DNA of 64,000 bases from Tubiluchus corallicola (lineage: Eukaryota; Animalia; Priapulida): NCBI GenBank assembly GCA_030141605.1, contig JAQGDQ010000114.1, forward strand, positions 186,001-250,000, in the 5' to 3' direction. Below the pieces are notes generated by a model, which saw nothing but the letters and a program-made list of their open reading frames with translations, did no database searches and was not told where the DNA came from. A program made the translations under genes and the position numbers. Below, piece after piece: positions 37,342 to 52,300 of this stretch; positions within the stretch are counted from its first letter, which is position 1; every line of letters starts with the position of its first letter.

Positions 37342-38719
37342 TATATTTGTAATTTTGTATGTGTCAAATATCTTTATATTCAGAGAAGCCTCTGCTCCTT
37401 TGTATCACCTTTTATAGCTACATATCCTTTAGGATAATGACAAGCCTAACACCCTTCCTCATTAACCAATGTGCAAAAGTTTACGTAATAAAATATTATT
37501 TAAAAATCGTGTCTTTAGTTTAACAGCAGTTCAACACAGTACTATGAATTTACGTACATTCCACACGCTCTCTAGATGTGCAACAAGTAATTTGTTTATT
37601 GCAAATAACCAATAATTTGTAGCAGTGGTGTTAATTATTGATACGCTAATAATATATTTCTACTAGTGACGTCGCTGCCATTATAACTAATTCAGTAGTA
37701 AATAATCAAAATGTTAACTTAAGTTTTAACTAACCTGCTAAGCTCAGTTTATTTACAAATACACATATGTTGCGAGGTAGCTCTCATTTTCGTAGTATAA
37801 AATTTGTTGTCTTAAGTGTTTCCCTCATAATTAGCAATCTCCCTTTAAAGTTTGTAACGCAAACGTTTATAAGCTATGCAAGCAAGAACATTTTTCTTCC
37901 TTTTCTGGACAAGAGAAGCAGAATAATGTATTGCCGATGTTATTGATAAAATTGAATGTCTTTGGCATGACTTTTGCGTAAATTTTCGTTTTGTTATCAG
38001 ACTCGCTTTGTCTGCATGAGGACTGAAAGCTGTTGTATAATATAATATAGAGAGAGGACCTTTCTAGGCCCCCTGCCCTCTTCTAAGATTTTGCTTATAG
38101 GTTTACACAATGACACAAATGATGTTAATGAAAGTCTTGTTTGTTGGTGATAAGTATAATACAAATTACAAGTTCATCAAATTTGTAATTTTTGCTGTCG
38201 TTTTCGCTACTTGTAAAACATTACGGTAGAACGCGGGACCCCTTAAGTTCATGAGTCCTGGCGTGGCGCCCACGCTGTACCCTCCCGTATGTGTTGTGTC
38301 TTAATTTGGCACTAGTTCTTATGAAACTTTGCTTCCGGCATCAAACTTATCAACAACGCTGGTCCTTTTTATTTTCAGAACATTGTATTTTCAGAACTTA
38401 TTTTACTAAATTTCAAGTTTTTTTTGAAATTGCATTTTTTCATTTTTAATATTTATTGTTATATATTGAATAACTAAACGTGGTTCATTTTTGAAAGGTT
38501 ATGAATATTTGTTAAATTACACGATCAATGAAATTTTGTACCTGGCCTAAATGAATGAAAAGGCGCTGTGCGATTTAACACCGACCCTTCCCCGGCTTCC
38601 CGCGATTTCCAAAGCCCTGTTTGCGCGGAGGTGCTATAACATTCATATCCGTTAATCAATAAAGGTCTAAGAAGTGTCCCGTCAATGCCCACAGTTACAC
38701 TTTGCTGAATTCAGCTGCG

Positions 38720-38932
38720 CGGCTTCAGCCAATCAATGGCGAATTTGCTCGTACTTCATGGATGTCGTCTGATCAGCAATACTCTCTACCGACTGTAAGT
38801 GTCAGCGTAGATTGAGTATGTAATTTGACAGTTGTTTGTGATTTCTGGACAAGTGACTGGAATGTGCGGAACATGGGCATGCTCACTGTGATGCCATAAT
38901 GAACGGGCTTCATCATACCTATCAAGGTAAGT
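38720..38932 (+). promoter_or_regulatory. Candidate promoter and first exon of a + strand gene with a long first intron
   Basis: CpG-richer patch ~38560-38760, CCAAT box at ~38729, perfect donor AAG|GTAAGT at 38927; possible coding start MNGLHHTYQ at 38899. Confidence 0.4.
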
Positions 38933-39711
38933 ACTAAAGAATGATTAGGGGAAGGGTAAATTTTGCCCTTGATTAACGTACTAATATAATCATTTAATTC
39001 AGTTACTGGAACATTAGGTTTTATTATATGGCGAAAATTAATGCTGTTGAACGTTGCAAATTAATAACTAGAGGAAGTGAGTGGTCACGGTGTTTGCTTC
39101 GTGAACGATTATTAAATGAGTGGATAGGATAACAACCAAGAAAACTTACTGCTTAACAGTTTCATCTAACACATTGGGCATACATATGGCTTTTTGTGTC
39201 GGTACTTTGTAATTTGCCGCAACAAAGAAAATCGGTTGAACTGAGATATCGAGTCGACAGAACTATCGCTGCTGCTCTCGGGATAGTACATATTATATCC
39301 TCCTTCAACGGCCAAAAGCTGACTGTCTTTAGGGTCTCTGAGCACTATTTCTACAAAAATTAATATTATGTTATGTTATATTTGCCTATAATTTGTATTA
39401 TTAAATTGGGAACGATAAATAAATACTGAATACTGAAAGCTGTATGGCAAAAGAAACTGTCCAAAGACAGAGGTTACGGATCCATCAGTTAACCACGCTC
39501 GGCGTTAATACGTCTTAACATGGTTAAGATACAGCTGTCGATTTAGTACCTGATCTTAGAAGATTGTCTTTGGTGATTAGATAGATTCTGGCAATGCTAC
39601 AGTCATTAGCATATATGCCTTACCTATAGTGCTAGCGTGTGAGTGTTAGGCCGGTTAGGCTGGTTTGTAGCGGATATTATTGTAAGGGCACTTTTATCTT
39701 ACAAACGTGTA

Positions 39712-40650
39712 CAGGTGTAACAGCCTGGAGTGAACTCCATGCCCAGAGTACACCCGGGGTTATTCCAGGCCAGGTTGTTTTATGTCCGGGGTATAGTTTG
39801 GGCTAGGCCAGTTTCCCTCCTTTCCCAAATCAAAGAGCTTATTATTTTTTACTTATTTTATTATTATTATCTTATTTTTATTATTTTTATCATTTTTGCT
39901 AATAAAGTGGTATTGCCCATGCGCCTACATAGTGTATCAAATGTAATTCTAGGAGTGTAAGCACAAAATAATTTAACATCTATGTCAATGAAAGACTGTT
40001 CTATTCAACACCAATGTTACCGTTATAATTATGCCGTGACAATGAGAGTTTAGCTGTCTGTATCTAAAGTGGATGTTACATAATATTACGTACGGTCATG
40101 GTAATAGCATTTGCGACTTCAAAGCAAAAAAATTATAAAACTAAATTTCATGTCAGTTGGTAATCCATTTAATTTGGCCAGTAGAAACAACTGAACATTT
40201 ACAGAACATTGAAATACTCAGAAAGATTTGAGGCACAAAGCATGTTCTGAAGTGGAACTTAATTGAAAACTTGCCGGATATGTCAACCAGTCATTGGACT
40301 GTTCATATTTACTATACGCTACAGTGTCACATGCCCAAGGGGTATAAAGTAGGCTAGGCCAAATTACACCCCGGGTTTTTTTGGTTAACCTATACCAGGG
40401 TATATTCTGGAGGGGGCGTGATCTGGGCTGCTTTATATCAATGGTATAGTTTGGGCCAGGCCATTTTATACCCCCTGGTATAAAACAGTTTTATTGTTGA
40501 ATTTAATAGGGGTTTAATGTGGCCTAGGGAGGTATACTTTGGACTAGGCTACTTTACGCCTAAGGGTATAAAGTAGGTTAGGGCAAATTACACCCCGGGC
40601 TTGGCTAAACTATATCGGGGTATATTCTGGATTGGGCGATGTTACACCGG
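39712..40650. mobile_element. Non-autonomous DNA transposon with CMGGTGTAACA ends and GGGGTATA..GGCTAGGCCA subterminal repeats
   Basis: caggtgtaaca ... tgttacaccgg; ~73 bp internal direct repeats at ~40336-40411 and ~40559-40631. Confidence 0.7.
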
Positions 40651-40968
40651 GGCGTTTACACAGAGACCTCTCATGGTACTGTTGGGAAAGGGCATTATTC
40701 CAGGCATTTACGCACCAATTCCAGCGATTGACCACAAAACCGAGGCGTTTGCAGGAGATTCCTTTCCATAATCTTGCAATTTTGAAAGTTTCGAACAAAA
40801 GTGTATCAGAGTAATATAAGATCGTCATTGCGTGGTTAGTAATAATTGCCGAAGATTACATAAAAGTATAAAGGTCTAATGCTTGCGTAGGACTGTGTTA
40901 TATACACAAGACTTATCAGAAATCATTAGTTAGGTGTATTAATATTATAAGAGGCGAGTTACTGTATA

Positions 40969-41162
40969 ATATTTCGCTTCTATATGCAACTATATATAAC
41001 TGTAAATTAGTGTTACGCAACTATGTTCATGCTTGGTGAGGGTGAGCAATGAAATTAGAATGCATATTTCGCTTTTATAGGCAACTATATTTTATAACTG
41101 TAAATTGGTCTTCCGCAGCCATATTCCTGCTTGATGAGGGCGAGCGATGAAATTTGAAGTGC
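40969..41162. repeat. Diverged tandem duplication, 2 x ~95 bp
   Basis: atatttcgcttYtataKgcaactatat...tgagggYgagcRatgaaatt occurs twice. Confidence 0.85.
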
Positions 41163-43550
41163 CACAAAAACATTTTTAGTGAAAAGATATAAAATTCAGA
41201 AAGACAGTACAAAAGTTAATTAGTACAACATGAAACAATAAAAATAGTCATAATAACGAGTAAGAAGGCCTTCACGCAATGCAAGGAAGGAAGATGAGGC
41301 ACAATTCGCAGTTTGTAGGACTGCGCAGTCTTGGTTATTCAGCGCTGTAAAAGACGTAATTAATTAGGAATCAATGTCAAAAAAGTGAAAAAAATCACGA
41401 AACATTTCTAAGGCCAATGTTTGCTTATATTTAAGTCTTTAATGCGGTTTTGCAGATTAGTGAAAATGTACTCCATAATTCGGCATCACGAAATTCCAAT
41501 AACAAAATGCTATCACGCAAAAGCTCGAGAAGTTATAAATGTTATGATCAAGTGCTTCAAAGAACAGTACATGTCGTACAGTTTCTGGTAATTTTGTAGT
41601 AGTTTTATCCAAGAGGCCATAAAATTACGCGCAATCGTGTGAGTTAAGAAGAATCTTATCAGCCGTATAAATCTTTAACCAATACCGCTTAACCTTGGTG
41701 CTGTATCCAGTGTAAGCAAAAACAGGGCGACAGTCCCACTATTTAAAAATGGCTCAGTTTCATTCTTTTCTTCAGTTGCTAATTGAATTTTTTTACTAGA
41801 CATCTGATCGGGTGCTGATTTTAAAACTGCAGAAATTCGCGGTAACCAGTGAAATGGAATGGGATTTTTGTGAACTGGAAATAATATGGGAAACATTATG
41901 AAAATAACTTTATAAAAGTGTGTACAGGCAAGATTAAAACTAAAATTACTTAGCTGTCATGATGAAGTGTCTTCTTGCTTTTTTACTCTATACGATCGGC
42001 TTCGAAAATCGATTGGCGGGTACACTGACCTTATGGTAGGTAGAGCAGCGTAGAAACAATTGATTGTTTTGCTAATTGTTGATATTAATGATCATTATTA
42101 CAGGGATGCTGGACATGTTTTCGGTCTACTGTTTCGCCTAATCAGTAATTATGTAGCAGAGAAAATCTCACTCGTTTATCTTCGCTTAACTGTAGCGATA
42201 TCTATCTTAAGAGCAAAGACTTTAATTATTGTTTAATCAATGAATGCTTATTCAGTGGTGGTCGGAAAGCTTGTATAACTATTTTGCGTAATACAATCGA
42301 AGCAATTGAAATACAATTTTTTTAGTAATGCGATTATTATTGCATTAGTCTGTCAGTTTCTAGTAATGCCTCGCATTTTTATTCACAGAACATAACATTA
42401 TAGCCTAAAAACTAATGTAAACAGTATATAAATAACGATTGACAGATCGCGAACAGTAATAGTGTCGGTGTATTTATTGAATTGAATCACAATTAACAAG
42501 CAAAAAACTCATTTTAGAATTACAGTCAGTTATAATGGTGTAGATTGTCTAATAAAGACGTTTGCAATTTTTTTTATTCATGATAAATAAAATTTAAAAT
42601 TAGTTACAATTGTTTTGCACATATCTTTACACATAATTATATTATGTGACTAGGCTAACTTATGTGTAGGGGTAACTACAAGTAACTACTTTATTTCACG
42701 GGCCTCCAAATTAATTTGTCGTGTATTTGTCCACTTAGTTTGTGTTTAATGCTGAATAAGATTTGAAATCAAATGTCACAGTTGCACTTATTTTTGATGG
42801 CAAACATTGTATGAAGAAACTTCATATCTTATCAGTGACATTTTTATGCTGTTTTTCACAACAAGCTGTGACGCATTTTAATTTTTTAACTAAAGAAATG
42901 ACCCAGGTTACTAAATCGATCCAATGCAGCTATATTATCACTCTACTACACGTTTAGAACATGTGCTTATTTTTAAACTGTTTCCTTCACTATTCTATGC
43001 GTTAAACAGGCTGTGTTTTGTTAAGTTGAAAACATTAAATTTTATCATACAAACAAATGTTGTAAACTTTGAACTGAAAGATTTATATGTTTGCATGTAA
43101 GAGATACTTAGGATGCTTTATACTGGGCATGGGGTAACTAATTTCATTATTGTATTTATATAATGACACCATGCACCAGAATGGGATTTTGTTCTATAAT
43201 ATCATTATCGTCTAGAGTAACTATAGGTTACACAGAACCATCTGTTATGATGATCAGCGCAGTCCTTGAATGGCTTTGTTAATTAATCAAGATGTGTACT
43301 CATTGACGCCTTTGTCTGGCATTAGCCTTACTGCTATTACAGCGCATTACTTCTAGGTGAATCCCTTCATTTCGCCCAATATTTTTGCAGTTTAGCTTTG
43401 CTTGTTATGTAAAAGCGGAACGTAGAATCATTTCCGCCTAATTAATGATGCTAAGTGGCTTCGTGTTCATATTACACGGTGCTTCCGCAATTGGAACCGC
43501 CTGGGAACAACTTCATTCACCGCGTATAACTCTGTGAATGACAACATGTA

Positions 43551-43559
43551 AAGTATGTA

Positions 43560-43595
<36 letters not shown>
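43551..43595. repeat. (TA)n microsatellite
   Basis: Seen directly. Confidence 0.9.
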
Positions 43596-43596
<1 letters not shown>

Positions 43597-43724
43597 TCAT
43601 TTACAAGACTGGGTTCCCATGTGTGGTCAGCAGTAAGCAATTCCACTCGGGCGATATTCGATTAGAGCAGCTCACCCACCTTTGTTAAACAGACGAAAAT
43701 GTTCACATAGTCAGCGTACATAAG

Positions 43725-45080
43725 GCGTGCGGACATTTCGACCCATACATTAGGACACAGGGTGCTTTTTCACAAAACTATGGATACATAAGTCATTTGA
43801 ACACAAGGTACTTTGGTCAGACAGTTATTAGAACACAAGGTATTTTGGACAAAAACGTTATTTGGACGCACAGGTAATTTGAACACAGATTTCGTTGGAC
43901 ACATAAGCATTTAGACACATAGGTCATTTGGAAACAGGTCATTTGGACTCATAGGCCATTTGGACATTATAGGAATTTTGACCACTATTTGACCTTTGGA
44001 CATGAATAAATACATAATCATTTTGCATAAAAGTATAAGCATTTTTAGATATGTGTAGAATGTAGATTATTTTTCGTTATCCAACCTTTGGGAATCTTCG
44101 CCGAAGATTGACATTTTATTTTCAAGCTAAATATTTAACCAGATCAATACAGTTTTGTGCTTAATTCGCATTTTCTTTGCTTGCTTTTCATGACAGAAAC
44201 AAAATTTGCTAACATGGCTGGCTAGGCTTGAAAGTTTGGTACAATAAAGCGCTGAAACTTTGCTCACTGAAGTACAAGAGTATTCATTTTAATACACTGA
44301 GATGAACTCTGTATTTTATATTATGATCGATTAGTGATCGTCATTGATCCGTTTTCAAAAGGGTAATCATGTACATTGTTTTAAGAGAAACTACGTTTAT
44401 AGATGTCAGCATGGCGAAAACGCTGAAATTTATTCATACGTGCGGGAACTGCGGTTAGTCAGGCAAAACTCTCATCACATGATAAACTGTACGAAATAAA
44501 AAGCTTTTTTGCCTTTTATTAATTTTTAAAAAAATCTTTTAGCAAAAACTTTTTCGAATTTCCTCGTTTATCGTAATTAATACGTAAATATCTTTCATCT
44601 GTAATGCATTATTATCACACTTAGAGCGCGGCTTTCGAAAAATGTGCAGCAAGAAATCGTACTATGTATATGACCAATCACATTTGTCCCAGTTACAGTA
44701 CAACAATCGCTGCAGCTACCGTCATTCTATAAAAACGCCCTAAAAGGTCAATTTAGGTAGTTTTTGACCTGAAGACTCTAGTTACGGTTAGGGCAGTTGG
44801 GTTGGAGGTAGCTAGGAAAAGAATCTTATTCAAAACAGTTATTCAAAACAAAATATATCCACGTTTTCTTTTTTGAGACATTAGAGACACCTAGAATTTT
44901 GCAAAAAAAGTGGTTAAATTGATCGTCCCCAAGAACACATTCTTATAGCCGAATAACCCTACATTTCTAAATGGTACTATGTCAAATGCTATCTTGTCTA
45001 AAGAGTTTGTGTCCAAGTTATGTGCGTGTCTAAATAACCTATAATTTTGTTCAAATCTTCTGTTTTAAATTACCCTTTAA
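43725..45080. mobile_element. Foldback-like non-autonomous element with ~20 bp ggtcatttggacaca subterminal arrays
   Basis: About 12 degenerate tttggacac units at 43730-44003 and inverted units (tgtgtccaa, gtgtctaaataacc, tgttcaaat) at 44990-45076. Confidence 0.6.
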
Positions 45081-45196
45081 AATTACAATATATTAGATTG
45101 AATTTGGACCCAAACATGGCTCAAAAATAAGAAAAAATCCGGATTGAATTTGAATTGAACTAGGGCCCCTGACTCATAGCTAACCAATACGTCAAA

Positions 45197-45277
45197 TTAA
45201 CTTTACCAGAATACCATATCAGCAAAGTTATTATGAGCGTGTCATAACTTTGTTGACACAGTATTCTGTTAAATTAA
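45197..45277. repeat. ~80 bp imperfect hairpin flanked by TTAA (mini-MITE-like)
   Basis: cagaataccatatcagcaaagttat ... ataactttgttgacacagtattctg. Confidence 0.7.
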
Positions 45278-45885
45278 AAGTTTAGGTTCATAGACAGGTA
45301 AAGCAAGACACAAAACCTTTAGAATATAATACTGTACCTCTAAGCGCATTTCTTGCACTCCATTAACACAACAGGTGTATTGGACGTTTAGTGGCAGATG
45401 CATTTATGGAGAACACACTATTGAATATCAATAGTCACCAAGTACATAAAGACATGATTGAGTGTTCTGTCCATGGCTTATATCTATGTTTGTCGTTGTT
45501 TCGAATTCTCTCGCCAGCTGTAGATTATTTATTACTTTCAACATATCAGTAGATGAATTAGTTGTTTGAGCACAAAATTATCCATTTTTCTGAATAAGTA
45601 ACTTCCTGTCGCGTATGCTTTTTATTCTGCAAACTAATACTGTTATTGCGGAGACAAAAATATCGAGAAATAGGAAATTTCTTTAGCCCACATCTCATTT
45701 TACCTATGACCATAAACATATGTTTTATTATCATAAGTCTAATAGCTGCTGAAGCATTTCTTACATTTAAATATTGATTAAATTTAAAGGGTCGCCATTT
45801 GGGCACTAAAGGGACAGCATTTAGGTACCTCTTTTTAATTAATGTGTCAATCTTTTTAGGAATGTTTTCTCAATTCTGTTTGTCT

Positions 45886-45951
45886 CATGCACATATTATA
45901 TATAGTACAAAGCAGCCACATGCACATATTATATATAGTACAAAGCAGCCA
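45886..45951. repeat. Perfect tandem duplication, 2 x 33 bp
   Basis: catgcacatattatatatagtacaaagcagcca x2. Confidence 0.95.
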
Positions 45952-48900
45952 AACGCTTTTTGAAATTTTATATTCACAGTTCATTTGCTAGGTGCAAAAC
46001 AATATCTCTGTGTCTGAAATCTAGGCGCGTGCTTTCACAAAGTTATAGTCACGTCAGGCATCCGACTATTTTACGTACAAATTTTTTAAACAAAAAAGAA
46101 AAATCTAAAAATGGGCGCCTTACTTATCCCTGGCTGCTTAGTTCTATAATTGATCATTTGAACTAAGAAGATGTCATCTGTCAGATACTGAAAACGACTA
46201 CTGTCAGATCTGCAGTATTATTAGGTAATGTGTAGCATATCAGTATATAGTATACATTGTAGTATCTACAGGGGACACGTATTTAGAAGATTCATGCTTA
46301 AACGGCTAACTGAAATAAACCAAATTTAATTATATTAGAACTTCATCATCTTGGAAAGATAGCCGAGATCCACGCAAAACAGTAAATAAAAAAATCGAAG
46401 TAGGAACATAGTTAAAAGTGCATTTAACTTTTCACCCATCACCCATGCCCCATACGTGAACCAATCACCTATTAGGTGGCAATATTATTATTAGCAAAGG
46501 AAAAAACAAACTATTAAGCAACTGAGCCCAAAACAGAGTTCAGCAGATCTATTGGCATCGGAATTACTAAACCTAAGGTCTGTTCGTTAGGCGCTGTGCA
46601 CTAACAAAGATGCTGGCACAGAATGAGCCAAATTAAAATAACTGGATCACGATTTCTGATTAAATAGGCCTACTGGGGTTTTAAGTTACTAAATGGCGCC
46701 CATATGTAGACCGTTAATAGTGATCAGCATGGAACAACGGTCTTAGAAATCATAGAAATAGTGTGCTTTTCTCCTTGTTATTTTTATAATGTGCCCGAGT
46801 CTTAGTAGCAACTCTCCATTTACTATGTAGACGGCAGTAGGTTGAATCCTACTGTATAATGCATTAGCGTCCCTGCTTGGCTGTCTTCATAGTAGGGTAT
46901 TGATTCTAGTCTAGGCTACGTACAATAGTGGTGGTGTATTATACTCGTAGTAAATTTCCACACAGGCTTCTTCAGCGCAGTTGTATTTCTTGAATTATCA
47001 GCCTTAACTCTTTCGCAGGATTGATATGTAATTATTTTTTCTAAATTTTTTTTAAATACCTTTGAAAATCCAAAACTAAAGGTGAACCAATTTTCTGAAA
47101 ACTTGTGTTGAAAAGCTTGGAAGCTTGGGCGATAATGTAAATCATTTTAATGCAAAACGGTTCATATTTGATTTTTAAATTATTTTGCAATCATTTAAAG
47201 TCAGCAACACATGTTAACTGTCGATGTAGTAATTTTGTGACAAGTTGTTTTAATTTATTTAGGTTACGTGATATCTGCTGATCTCAAAACTCAACGTTTT
47301 TCATTAGTATCGAAATAATTTTAACGTTCTGTCTTACTACTCAATTTTTAGCTGCCTGTAGCCAACTTTCTTAGTCTACGATATGCAGCGGTTTTAACAA
47401 AATCTTTATGATTTGATAACACCTCAGCATTATACCTGTATTTACAATATATCGAATTCTTGCAATAACAGTTGCTTAAATTTAGTTGTGAACTTTCCAT
47501 AAATGTTTAAAGAAATTTTTGTTGACCATCAAAATTTGAATATATAGCGTTATGTTTAAGATATTTATAATCATTATTGCAATACTGATCAAATATATGT
47601 GAGTTCAACAATGGCTGACACTTTATCACCCTGCAGCAAATGCATGTCAATATTAGGAACTTACATAATAACTGCTGCTCTCCCACTTTAAGCTAATTGA
47701 TTTTTGTCCAGTACATGAATAATTATTGTTCCCGACAGAGCAGGTCCATATAGGAGCCATATTGAATTTCTAGTGAAGCCATGGTGCAACAATATTCTTG
47801 CATTTCCACGACTTTACGCATGCCTGCTCTAGATAATAAAATGGAGATGCTGCGCTAAAGTTATAATTACGTGAAGTATCAGAATTTTTAATTTTAATCC
47901 TTTAATTAAGTTATAAACTAGTTGATGGTTCCTGAATGCTTGATGATATCAAAACGGATTTCAAGCTTAATAGGTTCTTACACATAATTAATTTTGAGTT
48001 GTTAAGCTTTCCCATCTGCCTAATCAGAGATTGAATTTTAAACGTTGCACAACAAATGTGTAGAATCGTTTATATCAGCCAAATCAGGCCATATCAGGAC
48101 TAAGAGCTATATACTTCAGGGTGAGAGAATGTCAAGATTAATGATGGATTTTTTAAAATCAAACTTCGTCGAAAGAAAGGAAATGTGATTAAATCGGAAT
48201 CCAGTTTGGAATTTGGATTGTTGTGTTTGATTTAAAAATATATCTAATGCCTTATTTATAATGGTCAGGTCAGTAAGGTTGTAATTCCGCTCTTTTACGG
48301 CAACTTTACATGTCATTTCTTTCGGATTAATATTTTATAGGGACTAGTTATTGAGGACTTATTTCATTATTAAGTTGATAGGTTTTTTGCATTTCTTCAA
48401 ATGCTCACATCGTCAGAAGCTCTAAGGGATCTTGATTCATGAAACTGTTTGGTAATAACTTTTATTTAAAAATTCTACACAAACTACTAAATTAAAAAGC
48501 CCTAGGCGAGATAGTTTAATACTAGGAGTTTAATACATCTCTCTTTTTGCAACAACAAGAATTTTTTATTTGATAAAATCATCAAAATCAAAACGATAAA
48601 AAATTAAATTAGCAATCCCAAGTGAGGAATAACATCCGAGAGTGCGGTATGCAACACGAATACGACAAATCTGTCAAAAATTGCCTACAAGAACAAGAAC
48701 AGAAACGCAAGCAAGTACTAGGCATCCCATTCTGTGTTATGTAAAAAATTTCAAAGCATTTTCGCCACGACGTGTTCAGTCTTCGGGTGTGACGTAAATG
48801 TTCAATGGTTCATCTGTATTTCATGACCTACATTATTGCTAGGCTTATTACACGTGCACAAGCTGAACCTTTATTGCCCGGATTTTATTAGATTTCACAA

Positions 48901-49282
48901 GAACAGAAACAGAGATGCCAGTTCGGCAAATATTACAAATATAGCTTGCTCACAAATTTCAAACAATAATTTTAGTTCATAAACATTAGGACCAATTTGT
49001 AATTTCCGATCTCTAAACCGCTCTTGTCCAGTCCATGACCGTATTTATACCCAGATTTAACTTTGCTTTTCTGATTTTCTGTTCTTTCATCTTTTACAGT
49101 TTGTTGTCGTCTTATCTTTTTCACTTCTTTTTCCCTCACGCTTCTTCATTTTTCATCACCTTTCCCCGCTGCTCTTTCCCCTTTTTCGTTTGCAGCCTCT
49201 CGACTCCGCAGACAATAAACTATTATATTGTTGTAATCACTGTTGTTGGCTGTTACTATTGTATTTTTTCATTTTATTATTG

Positions 49283-49311
49283 CCATCATCATCATCATCA
49301 TCATCACCACC
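49283..49311. repeat. (CAT)n microsatellite
   Basis: Seen directly. Confidence 0.85.
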
Positions 49312-52300
49312 GTAAATATTGTTTTCGTCGGTCTGCTTTACAGTTCATTTGTTTCTCTGCTACATCAGTCTTCAAGTACAATGTAGTGATTGTTAACTTC
49401 TTGGTGTCAAATCCCGATTTGCCTAGACGTTATACGTTCAATTCTTTCTCTTCCTTCAGAGTTGCCAAGTGAATTGAAAACCTGAAAACATGTGAAAAAT
49501 TCTTGACAGTTTTATATTTTTTTAGATGCCGGTAATAGGGCGTTTGGATAGGGTTACCACCCATGAGAACGGCTGCTCAATATGTAGCCTCTTCTGTCAA
49601 ATCGACAGCGACAGTCATGTTGTGCTGCGGAAGGCAAGCTAAGGTAATATGATTTACTTATTAGAAGTTATTCTGTGTGAGTAAAGTTCATAAACGGTAG
49701 GAAAAATTCCAAAAAATACAAAAGTAAAAGTGCGATAGTTCAGAGTGGAAACGAGTTCATTATTACCATTTTCAGGACCATTACCGTTGACTATTGCACT
49801 ACCTATCAGGTAATTATATACCGTAAATGAGCTGTTGTGCATTAAAAATATATAATTTTTTCTAGTAGCTGCTTATTTTTAAAATCTACAAAAGATGTTC
49901 TGCTGATTTACACGTATTAGCACGCCAGGGGAATTTTCATATACTATATACATCTGCGGCATGAATTTATGATTATAAAGAATTTTTGTTAAGTGTTTTT
50001 CGCAGAGGCCGGTGCGCGGGCATTAATGCAATATCCAAAAGCAATCGATATTTTCCTTGCGGTCAATCTAGATCCCTTGTCAATGAAACGTGGACGGAAA
50101 GATTTAAGACAAGTTAAATCACATGGCTGATTTACAGGCTTATATTTTGTTTGCTGTTGAGATGAAAAGTTACTTGTTTTAGCTTAAACTAACTCTGACT
50201 TGACCTGCGTTGCGTTAACACTCTTCATAAAATCAATTTTCACCCATTACAGCAGCAGCAGGCTTCGTGATTTGACAGTGTTGACGGGCAGGAATGGCTT
50301 TTATATTTTGCTTGGGTTTAATTTATTGGCGCGTGCTAATGTATGACTAGATAATATCTAGTATTGGGTTTCTTCTTCCTGGAGTAATTTAGTTCCCGCT
50401 TCCGTAAACGATACTGCACTTACATGATTATATAGATGGCCTAATTATTATAGTCAGTAGTGGTACTGCTTTTGCCTGTTCGTAATTCAGTATAAGCGAA
50501 AACCAACCGAGAACAAAGAACAGAGTATTTTTTAAACGGCATATAAACTCGAAGCGAGGATAGTGGAGGTGCATTAAAACACATTGTAGCCACGTTGTCT
50601 TACATAAAACGTAATTTCAATAGTTCGTTCAATGAATTTTATTTTCAACGTTTTTGGCTCGTGGCAGCTCAAATAAAGTCAATTTCTATACTATAACGAC
50701 AAATCAGAAACGGTTTTATGACTCTACTCTTTCCACTCTCCGCTTTGTTATTTTCTGCATTTTATCTGGGTTTCATGTTACTAATATTTTACAACCTTGT
50801 CGTCGTTTACTAAGGTTTATGTGCATTCGTACGGACCAGCCTGCGCCCCGGTAGATATTATGTCTTATATCCTTCATTGTGCGTGTCCGTGCTTTGATTT
50901 GTTTGAACTGGCTTTTTTTAATTGGAAAACTTCGCAAACGAATATCTGTTTCTGGTAAGAAAAAGGCTTGTTCCTCTTTATTAAAGGATGGTGATTATAC
51001 AATGTAATGAGGACGATATGATGCTCAAAACAACACGATTAATGATAGTGCAGACTACGACAATAATCTGTTAATAATTATTTATATCATTTTAACTATT
51101 TTTCATTAATTTACACTACTTTGTTTACCGTAGATAAAATAACAATAGTTCGCTTTGTCGAGTTATAGAAAAATTTTAGCAGATAGATCGCAGATTTCGC
51201 TTCGTCTTGATTCAGCTGCATTTTTATTTATTGACATCGTGAAGAAAATAATCCTAGTAAATGCACTATTTTTAGCCGCTAAAACGTTCTTGGTACGAAT
51301 GACAAAAAAGTTTCATATTGTTTGCGTTTTTTATTTTGACGTTCAATAACCGACCTTCTAATTTTGTGGTTTCTTCGTCTGTAAATTAAGTAAATAATAA
51401 TTAAAATTTCTAGTGTTACACATGTCGTTCTGTGTTACTGCACAAAATAGTTAAACGCCGTGATCCTAGTGTCCGTGGTTTAAGTTCTGGTCAGTCTATT
51501 CCAACTTCCTCCTTTTTGGTCACGTTTGATTTCAAATGTTTAGTACTTATACGTTTACTTTATTTGCAATGACTTACTACATTTTTAATAAGTTACTATT
51601 ATATTCAATAACCAAATGGGCTATAGTTGTATTTTTATTATAAATGAGTTTTTATTATCGTGCATTTTTAATAATAACACACTGTTATATGTCTAATTTA
51701 ACGATCTCGGTGGCATCTACCGGCTGAAAATGTATAGACTGTGTTTTATTTGTGGTTGCTTATTATGCCAGTTTTGGCAATGTCTTCACCCGATACATGG
51801 AATAGCTAAAGTGCATGTCTGCATTTTTTCACTTACAGAATGTTGGGCAGCAGTCTATAATTCTTAAATTTAAGACCTGTCCTTCAAAAAAGCAAAAAAG
51901 CCTTTTTTCCAGTCAAAGACGAGCAGCAATCGATCTGCGCTTTACTGCGAACGATTTGATTCTCCTTTAGGGTTTGTAGGAAACCGATTAACTGATCACT
52001 TAGTATTCCACCGATTTGCTATCCTTTCTTCTACTTTACTGGACTCATTTTTATTGTGTAGGGCTTAAACTCAATGGAACATGATTTACCTTCATTACGA
52101 CGCCGTGATTTCAAAGAACCCCGTTAGATAGACGAATAGTCGCTTTATTTGTAGGCTGGCAATATTTCAACTGTACAGCAATATGACAATGTTTTGTTCA
52201 GTAAAAATGATGTGCACTTGCGATTTTTTTCAAGATTTAACTTATTCTATGATAATCAAACCTTTGCTATGCCTTGACCATGTGCTCTGATATCTGAAAT

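Noticed and set aside
43730-44003. Regularly spaced ~20 bp repeats that could look CRISPR-like
   Set aside because: Degenerate units with no unique spacers, no cas genes, eukaryotic context; mirrored at ~45000, so a transposon subterminal array
49035-49472. 145 aa ORF with poly-His
   Set aside because: Low-complexity pyrimidine tract plus (CAT)n microsatellite
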